Source: a virus (taxonomy: Duplodnaviria > Caudoviricetes). Taken from it: a DNA stretch of 64,000 bases. The position numbers and the translations under genes are program-made. Location of the stretch: IMG/VR virus record IMGVR_UViG_3300030419_006251, positions 128,001-192,000 of that record. One strand, 5' to 3'. Below the pieces are notes generated by a model. It saw nothing but the letters and a program-made list of their open reading frames with translations. It searched no databases and was not told the origin of the DNA. How positions within the stretch are numbered: the stretch's first letter is position 1; every line of letters starts with the position of its first letter. Of this stretch, positions 57,694-64,000 are shown piece after piece.

Positions 57694-58918
57694 TAATCCT
57701 CTCGTTGGTCTGGAAGTACGGACGCTGGGCGTAATACTTAGTCGTCATCCACATACGCTGACACTTGGATGGAATGGGCTTGGGAGCCATGAGATCCGTC
57801 AGGACGATGTGACCGTCGAACCCGTGATCGTTGACATACTTGGTCGGAGGGTTGAAGTCGGTGCCGCCGTAGCGCACACGGACCCACTTGCGCTTCTCGT
57901 TACGCTTCCACACATGAATAAAATCTTCTGCAACCTCGGTATCAAAGGGGATTACCGTGAACTCAGCTAGCTCGGCCAGCTTGTTCAACTCAGAGAAGAA
58001 CGCGGCCAGCATGCCATCATCAACAGAACCGGACTGATCGATGCTGATCGCGATACGAGCTTGACGACGGACCTTAGAGCCTGCATGGATGTAGGGGTAA
58101 CGCTTATTCAGGCGCTTCACCGTGCGAGTCTTGTTGGACCGTTGAGAGGTTTTAATGAAGTACCGCAGCACTTTGCGCCAATCAACCTTAGAGGCGATAC
58201 GGTCAAGGATGTCGCGACGGCACTCACCAGACACGGAACCCCAGCTATTGGCCTTCTGAGCCTCTTCTGCAGCCTTCTTGACTGATTCCTTTAGACGCTC
58301 CTTCGCGATGTCCTGAGCGGCCCCCTGGCCCTCGCCCCAGCCACTATGATCATCAAAGCTGTCGCCAAGCTGATCGGATGGGTCGCCGGATCCTCCACCT
58401 TCGCCGTCGCCCTGCTGTTCGTCCTGCTCTTCCTGCTTCTTCTTGAGAGCAGCAAAATAATGCTCCGCGCTCTTGCCCTTTTCCATATCCGCAAATGGGC
58501 CCTCACCGGGCATGCAGCACTGTTCGGGCAACTCGCCGACAAGGTGAGAGTTGATCGCAAGATCCGTGGCGATGTTCCACATTTTAGACATGCCACCATC
58601 GGGCAAACGACCAGTGACATGCTCAAAGACAAGATGATAGAACTCATGCTTGAGCACTCCAGCACGCTGGACATCTGGCAGCTTCGCAAAGAAGGCCGGA
58701 TTGTAGAGCATTTCAAAGTGACCATCATCAGTCACGCGAACACCAGCAGTCGGGATCGCGCCCGATGCCTTCTTGTTGATGCGTCGAGAGAGGGCCGCAA
58801 AGAACGGCTCGTCAACGAGTAGACGCGCGGTGTGACGATTCAAGTCAAACTCTGCCACTGCAGCGGCTAGCTCCTCGGGAGTCATTTCGGGCGCGGGGGA
58901 TGAAACGGGCTGGGTCAT
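57674..58918 (-). CDS. DUF2201-type zincin metallopeptidase + vWA-like protein
   Basis: IPTAGV, LKHEFYHL (HExxH), WNIATDLAIN, acidic Gly linker, IDQSGS (MIDAS DxSxS), GGTDF, LTD. Confidence 0.88.
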   Translation of the reverse strand: MTQPVSSPAPEMTPEELAAAVAEFDLNRHTARLLVDEPFFAALSRRINKKASGAIPTAGVRVTDDGHFEMLYNPAFFAKLPDVQRAGVLKHEFYHLVFEHVTGRLPDGGMSKMWNIATDLAINSHLVGELPEQCCMPGEGPFADMEKGKSAEHYFAALKKKQEEQDEQQGDGEGGGSGDPSDQLGDSFDDHSGWGEGQGAAQDIAKERLKESVKKAAEEAQKANSWGSVSGECRRDILDRIASKVDWRKVLRYFIKTSQRSNKTRTVKRLNKRYPYIHAGSKVRRQARIAISIDQSGSVDDGMLAAFFSELNKLAELAEFTVIPFDTEVAEDFIHVWKRNEKRKWVRVRYGGTDFNPPTKYVNDHGFDGHIVLTDLMAPKPIPSKCQRMWMTTKYYAQRPYFQTNERIIAIDCD

Positions 58919-58941
58919 AGAAATCTCCTTGCTATACTATA

Positions 58942-58996
58942 AATATAGCATGGTGAGGCGAAAAGGTCAAGGCTCAAGCTGTCAAGAGAATGTCAA
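58942..58996 (-). promoter_or_regulatory. Early-type promoter 1 with an upstream 11-bp direct repeat
   Basis: TTGACA-5-TTGACA-9-TTGACC-17-TATATT. Confidence 0.85.
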
Positions 58997-59295
58997 ATGT
59001 CCTCTTCACACGCTCTCGCCTCCTTATCAAGCTCTGCGAGGTCTTCAGCGACATCGGCGACGGTCATGGGCCGGTCCTTTCGTCGCTTGGCAGCTTCTCG
59101 ATCCAACCTCCCCCATCGACGCGATCCGTTTGGATGCTCGCACAAGTGGAGATCGGTGATTCCAAGGGCTGTGTAGCGTTTCAGGGCCGTCTGAGTGGCT
59201 CGGAGGGTGTCGGGACGGGTTAGCACTGTCTCGTACCCTGAGAGCCGTCCTGCGGCGTCTAAGTTGACATGCGTGCGGCTGATATAGTATTTCAC
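58993..59295 (-). CDS. Hypothetical protein
   Basis: Probable GTG start at 59295, overlapping the stop of an upstream small ORF. Confidence 0.5.
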   Translation of the reverse strand: MKYYISRTHVNLDAAGRLSGYETVLTRPDTLRATQTALKRYTALGITDLHLCEHPNGSRRWGRLDREAAKRRKDRPMTVADVAEDLAELDKEARACEEDI

Positions 59296-59387
59296 TATCG
59301 GCCCTCGTAGAAAGCGCAGACGGGGATCCCGACGAGTGCGGTGCTCCAAAGAGCGATGATGATGGATGATGCGATGATTGCTGTCAT
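59295..59387 (-). CDS. 30-aa hydrophobic peptide
   Basis: RBS AGGAGG; MTAIIASSIIIALWSTALVGIPVCAFYEGR*. Confidence 0.5.
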   Translation of the reverse strand: MTAIIASSIIIALWSTALVGIPVCAFYEGR

Positions 59388-59424
59388 GATATGCCTCCTA
59401 TGGCGATTGAGTAAAGGTTTAATA

Positions 59425-59500
59425 TGGTGGGCCCTGTCGGATTTGAACCGACGACTATCCCGTTATGAGCGGGGCGCTCTTACCACTGAACTAAAGGCCC
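59425..59500 (-). tRNA. tRNA with CAU anticodon (probably Ile2, lysidine type; Met not excluded)
   Basis: GGGCCTT/AGGGCCC acceptor stem, loop CTCATAA, CCA. Lacks the initiator GGG/CCC anticodon stem; resembles ileX-type tRNAs. Confidence 0.88.
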
Positions 59501-59504
59501 GGAA

Positions 59505-59580
59505 TGGTGGGTCAACTGGGACTCGAACCCAGAACCTACGGCTTAAAAGGCCGGTGCTCTACCCGTTGAGCTATTGACCC
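59505..59580 (-). tRNA. tRNA-Lys(UUU)
   Basis: Canonical cloverleaf, loop CTTTTAA, CCA. Confidence 0.95.
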
Positions 59581-59582
59581 GA

Positions 59583-59668
59583 TGGTAGCTGCGGCGGGAG
59601 TCGAACCCGCATGCTCATTGGAGCGAGAGATTTTAAGTCTCTTGTGTCTACCGTTCCACCACGCAGCC
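59583..59668 (-). tRNA. tRNA-Leu(UAA)
   Basis: Class II cloverleaf, loop CTTAAAA, long variable arm, CCA. Confidence 0.95.
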
Positions 59669-59677
59669 AAGGTTTAT

Positions 59678-60745
59678 TTACTGCTGGGACTCTCCAGTCA
59701 ATAGTTCGACAAGATAGCCACTGACGGATGTACCATCTGCGGCAGAGGACTGGTGAAGCTCAACAGTATTCTGGATCTCACCGTTGCCCAGAACAACCCA
59801 CAGCTTCATGGCTACCTCGGATGGCAGCGTGACGAAATAGTTAGCAAGGTTCTGTACCTGCTCGGCGGGCAGAGCCTCTGCGAAAGCTGCGGTAGCCTCC
59901 ATCTTCTCGACTAGTGCGCTGTGATCGTTGATCGTGAAATCACTGGTGCGGTCAATCTCACCCTTGACCAAAATATCCTCGACCGTCACCTGACGGGAAT
60001 AGTTGGTGAAGAAGTCCTGCAGTGCAACGGCAGCTTCAAAGCCAACAAACGCTGCAGCGAGGTTAAAGATCGTACCCGCGTCTGCGTCCTCACCAAGGAG
60101 ATCCGCGCCGGTCGCTGCCTGATTCAGGCGATCCCAGGAACGACGAGAAGGGTATACCTTGTTCGGCTCAAAATCGCCGGTGTGCTCAAGGTGATTACGG
60201 TTCTGATTGATGAAATCCCAGACCAGACCATCAACCTCGGTCTTGGCCCAATCAAGCCAGTCCTCGTGGGAAGGCTCGACATCGAAGACCGTGTAGCGGT
60301 CAAGCTCCGCAGGATCCATTTCGCCGACCTGATACTGTGCGCCGTGCTCGCCACCGTTGACGGCTGCGACAATGATGGTGTCAGCGTGGAGGCTGAAACC
60401 GGCCAGCTTGCGACTGTCGGTCAACTCAAAGATGCCTTGACGGACCTCGGGAGTCGCACGGTCAACCTCATCGAGGAAGAGCACCACAGGCTCATCACAG
60501 GCAGTCTTGAACCACGCGGGCGGGTTCCAAGTGGTGACAGCACCGTCAGTGCTCGGAAGGCCAAGAAGATCGCCCTCAGTCATCTGAGAGGCGCGGCGCT
60601 CCACAACCGGGAGTCCGAGATCGCCCGCCAACTGGTAGACAACCTGAGATTTGCCCACACCGTGACGGCCACGGAGCAGCACGGGAAACCGTGCAGCGGT
60701 GACATGAGGGACGATAGCGCGAAAGGTCTTGAAATCAACTGCCAT
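59678..60745 (-). CDS. MoxR/AAA_5-family ATPase
   Basis: GRHGVGKS (Walker A), LFLDEVDR (Walker B), VAAVN, MDPAELDRY, PSRRSW. Confidence 0.9.
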   Translation of the reverse strand: MAVDFKTFRAIVPHVTAARFPVLLRGRHGVGKSQVVYQLAGDLGLPVVERRASQMTEGDLLGLPSTDGAVTTWNPPAWFKTACDEPVVLFLDEVDRATPEVRQGIFELTDSRKLAGFSLHADTIIVAAVNGGEHGAQYQVGEMDPAELDRYTVFDVEPSHEDWLDWAKTEVDGLVWDFINQNRNHLEHTGDFEPNKVYPSRRSWDRLNQAATGADLLGEDADAGTIFNLAAAFVGFEAAVALQDFFTNYSRQVTVEDILVKGEIDRTSDFTINDHSALVEKMEATAAFAEALPAEQVQNLANYFVTLPSEVAMKLWVVLGNGEIQNTVELHQSSAADGTSVSGYLVELLTGESQQ

Positions 60746-60796
60746 GATAGGACTCCTTAGTCGAGGGGGCGAGGGTTCATCCCTCGCTACATTATA

Positions 60797-60851
60797 AATA
60801 TAGCACAGTGGGGGGAAAAGGTCAAGGACATTCTTGTAAAGAGAATGTCAA
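60797..60851 (-). promoter_or_regulatory. Early-type promoter 2
   Basis: TTGACA-5-TTTACA-9-TTGACC-17-TATATT. Confidence 0.85.
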
Positions 60852-60859
60852 GAAGATGT

Positions 60860-61384
60860 TTAACTTACCAGCGTGAAGGCATCGGCCCGGTCGCTGATCT
60901 CAGAAATCGAGGTTGTAGGCGCGGTTTGAGAAGGCTTAAGAAGTTTAATCCTGAAGCCACCCCAGTCACCATCCCACATGAAGTGGTCGATCACCAGACC
61001 TTCGCCGTGATGCTGATGGCACACAAGCGATCCTATGCCGATGGGCTTGGGACGCTCAGAAATCAGTTCCATGGCCTCGCTGCGCTCGATAGGCTCACCG
61101 TCCAAGAAGACCGTATCGGAGGGCTCAGAAGGGCTCTCAGGGGCCTTAAACACAAAGTCATCCCAGTCGAGGACGAAATCAATCGCGTTGCAGGCTTCGT
61201 GACCAGCCTCGGTCAGATCCCATTCGGGCGGGTGGATGCTGGTTCGCACGGCAAGTCCAGCCAGCACGAGCATATCCAGATGAGCGCGATTCGGCTCAAG
61301 CTCGCCCATGTGCATAAGTGCGTGCCATTCGTCCTCGGTCAGCTTGAGGGCGCGAAGGTCAGAAGTGGTCGGGGTGTCAGTCAT
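60860..61384 (-). CDS. Hypothetical two-domain protein (wHTH-like + SH3-like)
   Basis: WDLTEAG wing-like motif, then IGIGSLVCH...GLVI. Confidence 0.55.
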   Translation of the reverse strand: MTDTPTTSDLRALKLTEDEWHALMHMGELEPNRAHLDMLVLAGLAVRTSIHPPEWDLTEAGHEACNAIDFVLDWDDFVFKAPESPSEPSDTVFLDGEPIERSEAMELISERPKPIGIGSLVCHQHHGEGLVIDHFMWDGDWGGFRIKLLKPSQTAPTTSISEISDRADAFTLVS

Positions 61385-61413
61385 CGGGTAGCTCCTTGCT
61401 CGATTACCCCTGT

Positions 61414-61468
61414 ATTATCTCACAGGGGAGAGGGAAAGTCAATAGAAAGTTTGTCAAGAGAATGTCAA
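61414..61468 (-). promoter_or_regulatory. Early-type promoter 3
   Basis: TTGACA-5-TTGACA-9-TTGACT-17-GATAAT. Confidence 0.82.
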
Positions 61469-61470
61469 GA

Positions 61471-62199
61471 CTACTCGTCACCCTGTTCACGCCAGAACCA
61501 GTAGTCGCGCTTTGCGCCCTTCTCAAAAATATCCACGCTGGCATAATCGAGGTTGGAAGCCGCTTCCCAGCCTGCTGGTGGCGTCGGCACAACATGGGCA
61601 CGACTCAGGATAGTCACCGTGTTCCATCGGCTGGAAGACTGCGTGACTTCGCTCGGGAACGAGAGCACACAAGGTTTATTATCCGTCACTCGACGCGCGA
61701 TGATGGCAGCGGGCCACTTGGCTTTGCGGTGAATCGTGTCCCACTTGATGCCCGTGACGATACACGGAGTCACCGTGCCATACTCATCATGCGACAGGAG
61801 AGTGCCGGGACCGACGCCATGTTCACGCATCGCATCCAACACGGTGCGTCGAGTCTCGACGGTCAGAGCAGCGTAACGCTCACGATCTGCCTTTTGCTGC
61901 GGGCATGTGCGTCGGTTATGTCCGTTCTCCCCGCAATAGCCGCACACGCGGCCTCCGTGGGTCGCTCGGCGACGGCGTTTGCTTTCGCCCGTGATTGGAT
62001 CTTCTCCGATGCGCTTGGCTAGCTTTTCGCGAGTGCGCTGATAGGTATAGTCGTCTTCTGGTCGGGATCCATTCTCGACCTCTTTCCGTAGTCGTTCAAA
62101 GCGGTGAGCCATTTGCTCCGTCAACTTCTCGCAGCTTGCGCGGTTGTGGCCTCGCTCGTAGCAGTGGCCGCATCGAATAGTTCCAGAATAGTTACCCAT
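61471..62199 (-). CDS. Double CCHC zinc-knuckle protein
   Basis: CGHCYERGHNRASC and CGYCGENGHNRRTC (Cx2Cx4Hx4C). Confidence 0.8.
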   Translation of the reverse strand: MGNYSGTIRCGHCYERGHNRASCEKLTEQMAHRFERLRKEVENGSRPEDDYTYQRTREKLAKRIGEDPITGESKRRRRATHGGRVCGYCGENGHNRRTCPQQKADRERYAALTVETRRTVLDAMREHGVGPGTLLSHDEYGTVTPCIVTGIKWDTIHRKAKWPAAIIARRVTDNKPCVLSFPSEVTQSSSRWNTVTILSRAHVVPTPPAGWEAASNLDYASVDIFEKGAKRDYWFWREQGDE

Positions 62200-62244
62200 G
62201 TAAAATCTCCAGTGTCAGAGGGTTCAACTCGTTCTTACCCTATA

Positions 62245-62299
62245 AATATAGCCGATATAAACGAGGAAGTCAAGGTTAAAGTTGTAAAGAGAATGTCAA
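62245..62299 (-). promoter_or_regulatory. Early-type promoter 4
   Basis: TTGACA-5-TTTACA-9-TTGACT-17-TATATT. Confidence 0.85.
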
Positions 62300-62309
62300 G
62301 AGAGGTTAA

Positions 62310-62485
62310 AGAGTGAGTCCGGTCGATGATCGCTGTCCTTGCCGCGTCTTCCTCACCAGCTTTGTTTTAACTCCCTCGCGGGTTCGCACGCGCATCTACC
62401 GTGTTCGGTGACTCTCGCCGTGCAGTGGGTTCATTCAAAGCGTTGAACCCCACCTTTAGTTTACTATTTCGACCGGACTCACTCT
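62310..62485 (-). ncRNA. Candidate structured RNA B (176 nt, closed by a perfect 17-bp inverted repeat)
   Basis: AGAGTGAGTCCGGTCGA (62310-62326) and TCGACCGGACTCACTCT (62469-62485); internal hairpins with GNRA loops (GGC-GAGA-GTC, CCC-GCGA-GGG). Confidence 0.65.
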
Positions 62486-62493
62486 AGAAAGGT

Positions 62494-63327
62494 TTATTTT
62501 ACTTTTCGCGCTGCTTTAAGGTGGCGTTCCTCGATAATCACGGGGCGTGCCCCACCGACCGGCAACACGCTATACTTCTTCGCGCCACGGGCTGCGCTAG
62601 TCACTGGTGCAGCGTCGGTCTTGATGACAACGCAAGGCTTATTTCCAGTGCCCCAACGGGCGCTAGAGGGCGCGGAAGCCCTAAGAGCGACAAATGACCC
62701 TGCCGCGTATTTCGGGGCGCTCAGAGTGGCCTCAATGACCTTCTGGGCGTACTTGTTCTCGACCATCTTACGGTACTGCTTTTGGGTCGGAACGCCATCG
62801 GCCAGCACCTTTGTGACAACACCTTGAAAATAGCTTGTCGTCTGGTAGTAACGCGCGGCGATGACAGCGCGGTCACGCGGAGACACACCCTTCTCGTCTG
62901 GCGAGGTATAATCAGTCGCCCATGTAGCTGCTGCAGCCATGGCCTCATCACTGTTTTCGCGCTCGATCTTCTCAAGAATCTGTACCTGCTTGGGACTGAG
63001 ATCACGCCCACCCTGTACCTGTAGGCTCAGACTCATCACAAAGCGGCTAGCCCATGCATCATCGCTTACACGCTCTGACAGTGCGCTCAGACGCTTGATC
63101 ATGGTGCCGCCGCGCTTTGCTGCCTCGGCCAGCTTCTCGGCGCTATAGCGGTCCTCAAGCTCTCTAACGCAACGCGCTCGGCCAGAGGTCAGGCGACCTT
63201 TGCTCTTATAGTAGTGCTGCAAGCTCTCGCAGAACTGACGATCCCGCTGTGAGAGCGGGCGGGCGAGAAGAGCGATGAAGCGGTCGGCGTAAGTCAGACG
63301 GGGCATAGAATCTCCTTGGTTACGCAT
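62494..63327 (-). CDS. Hypothetical protein
   Basis: RBS AAGGAG; two similar LSxR/KQxxxLE helical repeats and an SH3-like C-terminus. Confidence 0.7.
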   Translation of the reverse strand: MRNQGDSMPRLTYADRFIALLARPLSQRDRQFCESLQHYYKSKGRLTSGRARCVRELEDRYSAEKLAEAAKRGGTMIKRLSALSERVSDDAWASRFVMSLSLQVQGGRDLSPKQVQILEKIERENSDEAMAAAATWATDYTSPDEKGVSPRDRAVIAARYYQTTSYFQGVVTKVLADGVPTQKQYRKMVENKYAQKVIEATLSAPKYAAGSFVALRASAPSSARWGTGNKPCVVIKTDAAPVTSAARGAKKYSVLPVGGARPVIIEERHLKAARKVK

Positions 63328-63329
63328 AT

Positions 63330-63384
63330 AATATAGCCTATGCGCGGGCAGAAGTCAAGTCAGGAAATGTCAGGGAAATGTCAA
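63330..63384 (-). promoter_or_regulatory. Early-type promoter 5
   Basis: TTGACA-5-CTGACA-9-TTGACT-17-TATATT. Confidence 0.82.
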
Positions 63385-63590
63385 ATCGTAAAATCAATGA
63401 TTGCAACTCCTCTTTCGGGCTGCTCATCTTCATCGACTTTATGCATGGGCGATTCATAATCGCGTGGATCGTGGAGCGGTTCGATGGGATCGGGGGCGCG
63501 TAGCTGCAGTGGCGGCTGTCCATCTGGGTGCTCGCGGCGCATAAGGTCGAGGATGACACTGATCGGAAGGGTCGGATGCATATGATTCAC
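63381..63590 (-). CDS. Hypothetical protein
   Basis: RBS AAGGAG; 69 aa; preferred over the overlapping frame 63338-63559. Confidence 0.65.
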   Translation of the reverse strand: MNHMHPTLPISVILDLMRREHPDGQPPLQLRAPDPIEPLHDPRDYESPMHKVDEDEQPERGVAIIDFTI

Positions 63591-63605
63591 TCCTTGCTTG
63601 CCTAT

Positions 63606-63660
63606 AATATATAGTATTCTGGGGCTGAAATCAACCCTTTTCTTGTAAAGGATTTGTCAA
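63606..63660 (-). promoter_or_regulatory. Early-type promoter 6
   Basis: TTGACA-5-TTTACA-9-TTGATT-17-TATATT. Confidence 0.8.
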
Positions 63661-63828
63661 CGCCTGCAAGAGCCCGCCAGTACACCATCGCTTGACACCA
63701 GTATCAGCAAAACAAATCAGATATTGATCGGTTCCTTCTGAAACCTTTAATATGATACCGGGCGGCTGACTGCCTAGTCCTCGACTCCACATCGCCAAAT
63801 CGCCTACCTTAAATCTTCTATTTCTCAT
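63631..63828 (-). CDS. Small SH3-like hypothetical protein
   Basis: FKVGDLAMW...PGIIL; ATGA coupling to the upstream ORF. Confidence 0.55.
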   Translation of the reverse strand: MRNRRFKVGDLAMWSRGLGSQPPGIILKVSEGTDQYLICFADTGVKRWCTGGLLQALTNPLQEKG

Positions 63829-64000
63829 GCTGCAACCTTTGTTTTAAGAATCTCGCACTCATACATGAAGTCATCCCATGTCTTCTCAACCCATTCGCCA
63901 AAGATGCCGTATAGCTCTCCTGCTGTCATCTTTCGCAGCTTTTCATGATGCCACTCGGGAGGTTCGACAGCAGCGTCTTCCTCGATGCCGCTACGGTCGT
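63825..64000 (-). CDS. Partial hypothetical protein (5' end outside the window)
   Basis: Open frame ...DRSGIEEDAAVEPPEWHHEKLRK...KVAA* ending at the TGA at 63825-63827. Confidence 0.5.
   Translation of the reverse strand, partial: DRSGIEEDAAVEPPEWHHEKLRKMTAGELYGIFGEWVEKTWDDFMYECEILKTKVAA

Noticed and set aside
35240-59425. Theta (HDV-like) ribozymes at tRNA 3' ends
   Set aside because: Sequences immediately 3' of each tRNA and of the tmRNA are short AT-rich spacers, RBSs or the next tRNA; no nested double pseudoknot was found by eye.
62310-62485. 17-bp inverted repeat as a retron a1/a2 arm or a MITE
   Set aside because: No reverse transcriptase or transposase in the window, no flanking target-site duplication, and only one copy. 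It was kept as a candidate ncRNA instead.
734-62827. Numerous plus-strand ORFs in the track (e.g. 54277-54870, 59921-60760, 60845-61504)
   Set aside because: All lie antisense to well-supported minus-strand genes and lack RBSs or recognisable motifs; they are shadow ORFs.
1-64000. Stop-codon reassignment (genetic code 15 or 4), seen in some large phages
   Set aside because: Long genes are intact in code 11, TGA (370), TAG (40884) and TAA all terminate credible genes, and no suppressor tRNA was found.

Overview
64-kb segment of a large, T4-like/jumbo myovirus-type phage genome. Every credible gene is on the minus strand; the plus-strand ORFs look like antisense shadows. Left to right: (1) 1-11.9 kb, baseplate/tail genes (gp6-like, gp25-like, a 2654-aa acidic protein, spike and hub-like genes) and a late-sigma-like factor. 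(2) 12.7-31.1 kb, an ~18-kb nucleotide-sugar and glycosyltransferase island (gmd, fcl, transaldolase, AraD-like epimerase, HldE-like kinase, RpiB-HldE-nucleotidyltransferase fusion, about ten glycosyltransferase-like genes). (3) 31-41 kb, auxiliary and translation genes (PD-(D/E)XK nuclease, PIN-PhoH, SpoU methylase, DenV-like glycosylase, ClpP, tRNAs, a complete tmRNA). (4) 41-55 kb, acidic putative internal head proteins, including an RNA-ligase-like/HxGH nucleotidyltransferase fusion and a 2273-aa zincin-headed protein. (5) A repeat-rich non-coding stretch at ~56.5-57.0 kb, followed by an abrupt switch to a GC-rich, early-type region (MoxR AAA, zincin-vWA, tRNAs). That region is driven by six 55-bp promoters of identical geometry. 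The most unusual signals are a promoter-driven, CCA-ending tRNA-like gene (anticodon UAU) that lacks a D-arm and has a possible pseudoknotted variable arm; two intergenic structured RNAs sharing a hairpin and a covarying pseudoknot; the pho-box-like promoter regulon; and a GmhA-less heptose-like pathway. All calls come from reading motifs by eye. No database or covariance-model searches were run, so novelty is unverified.
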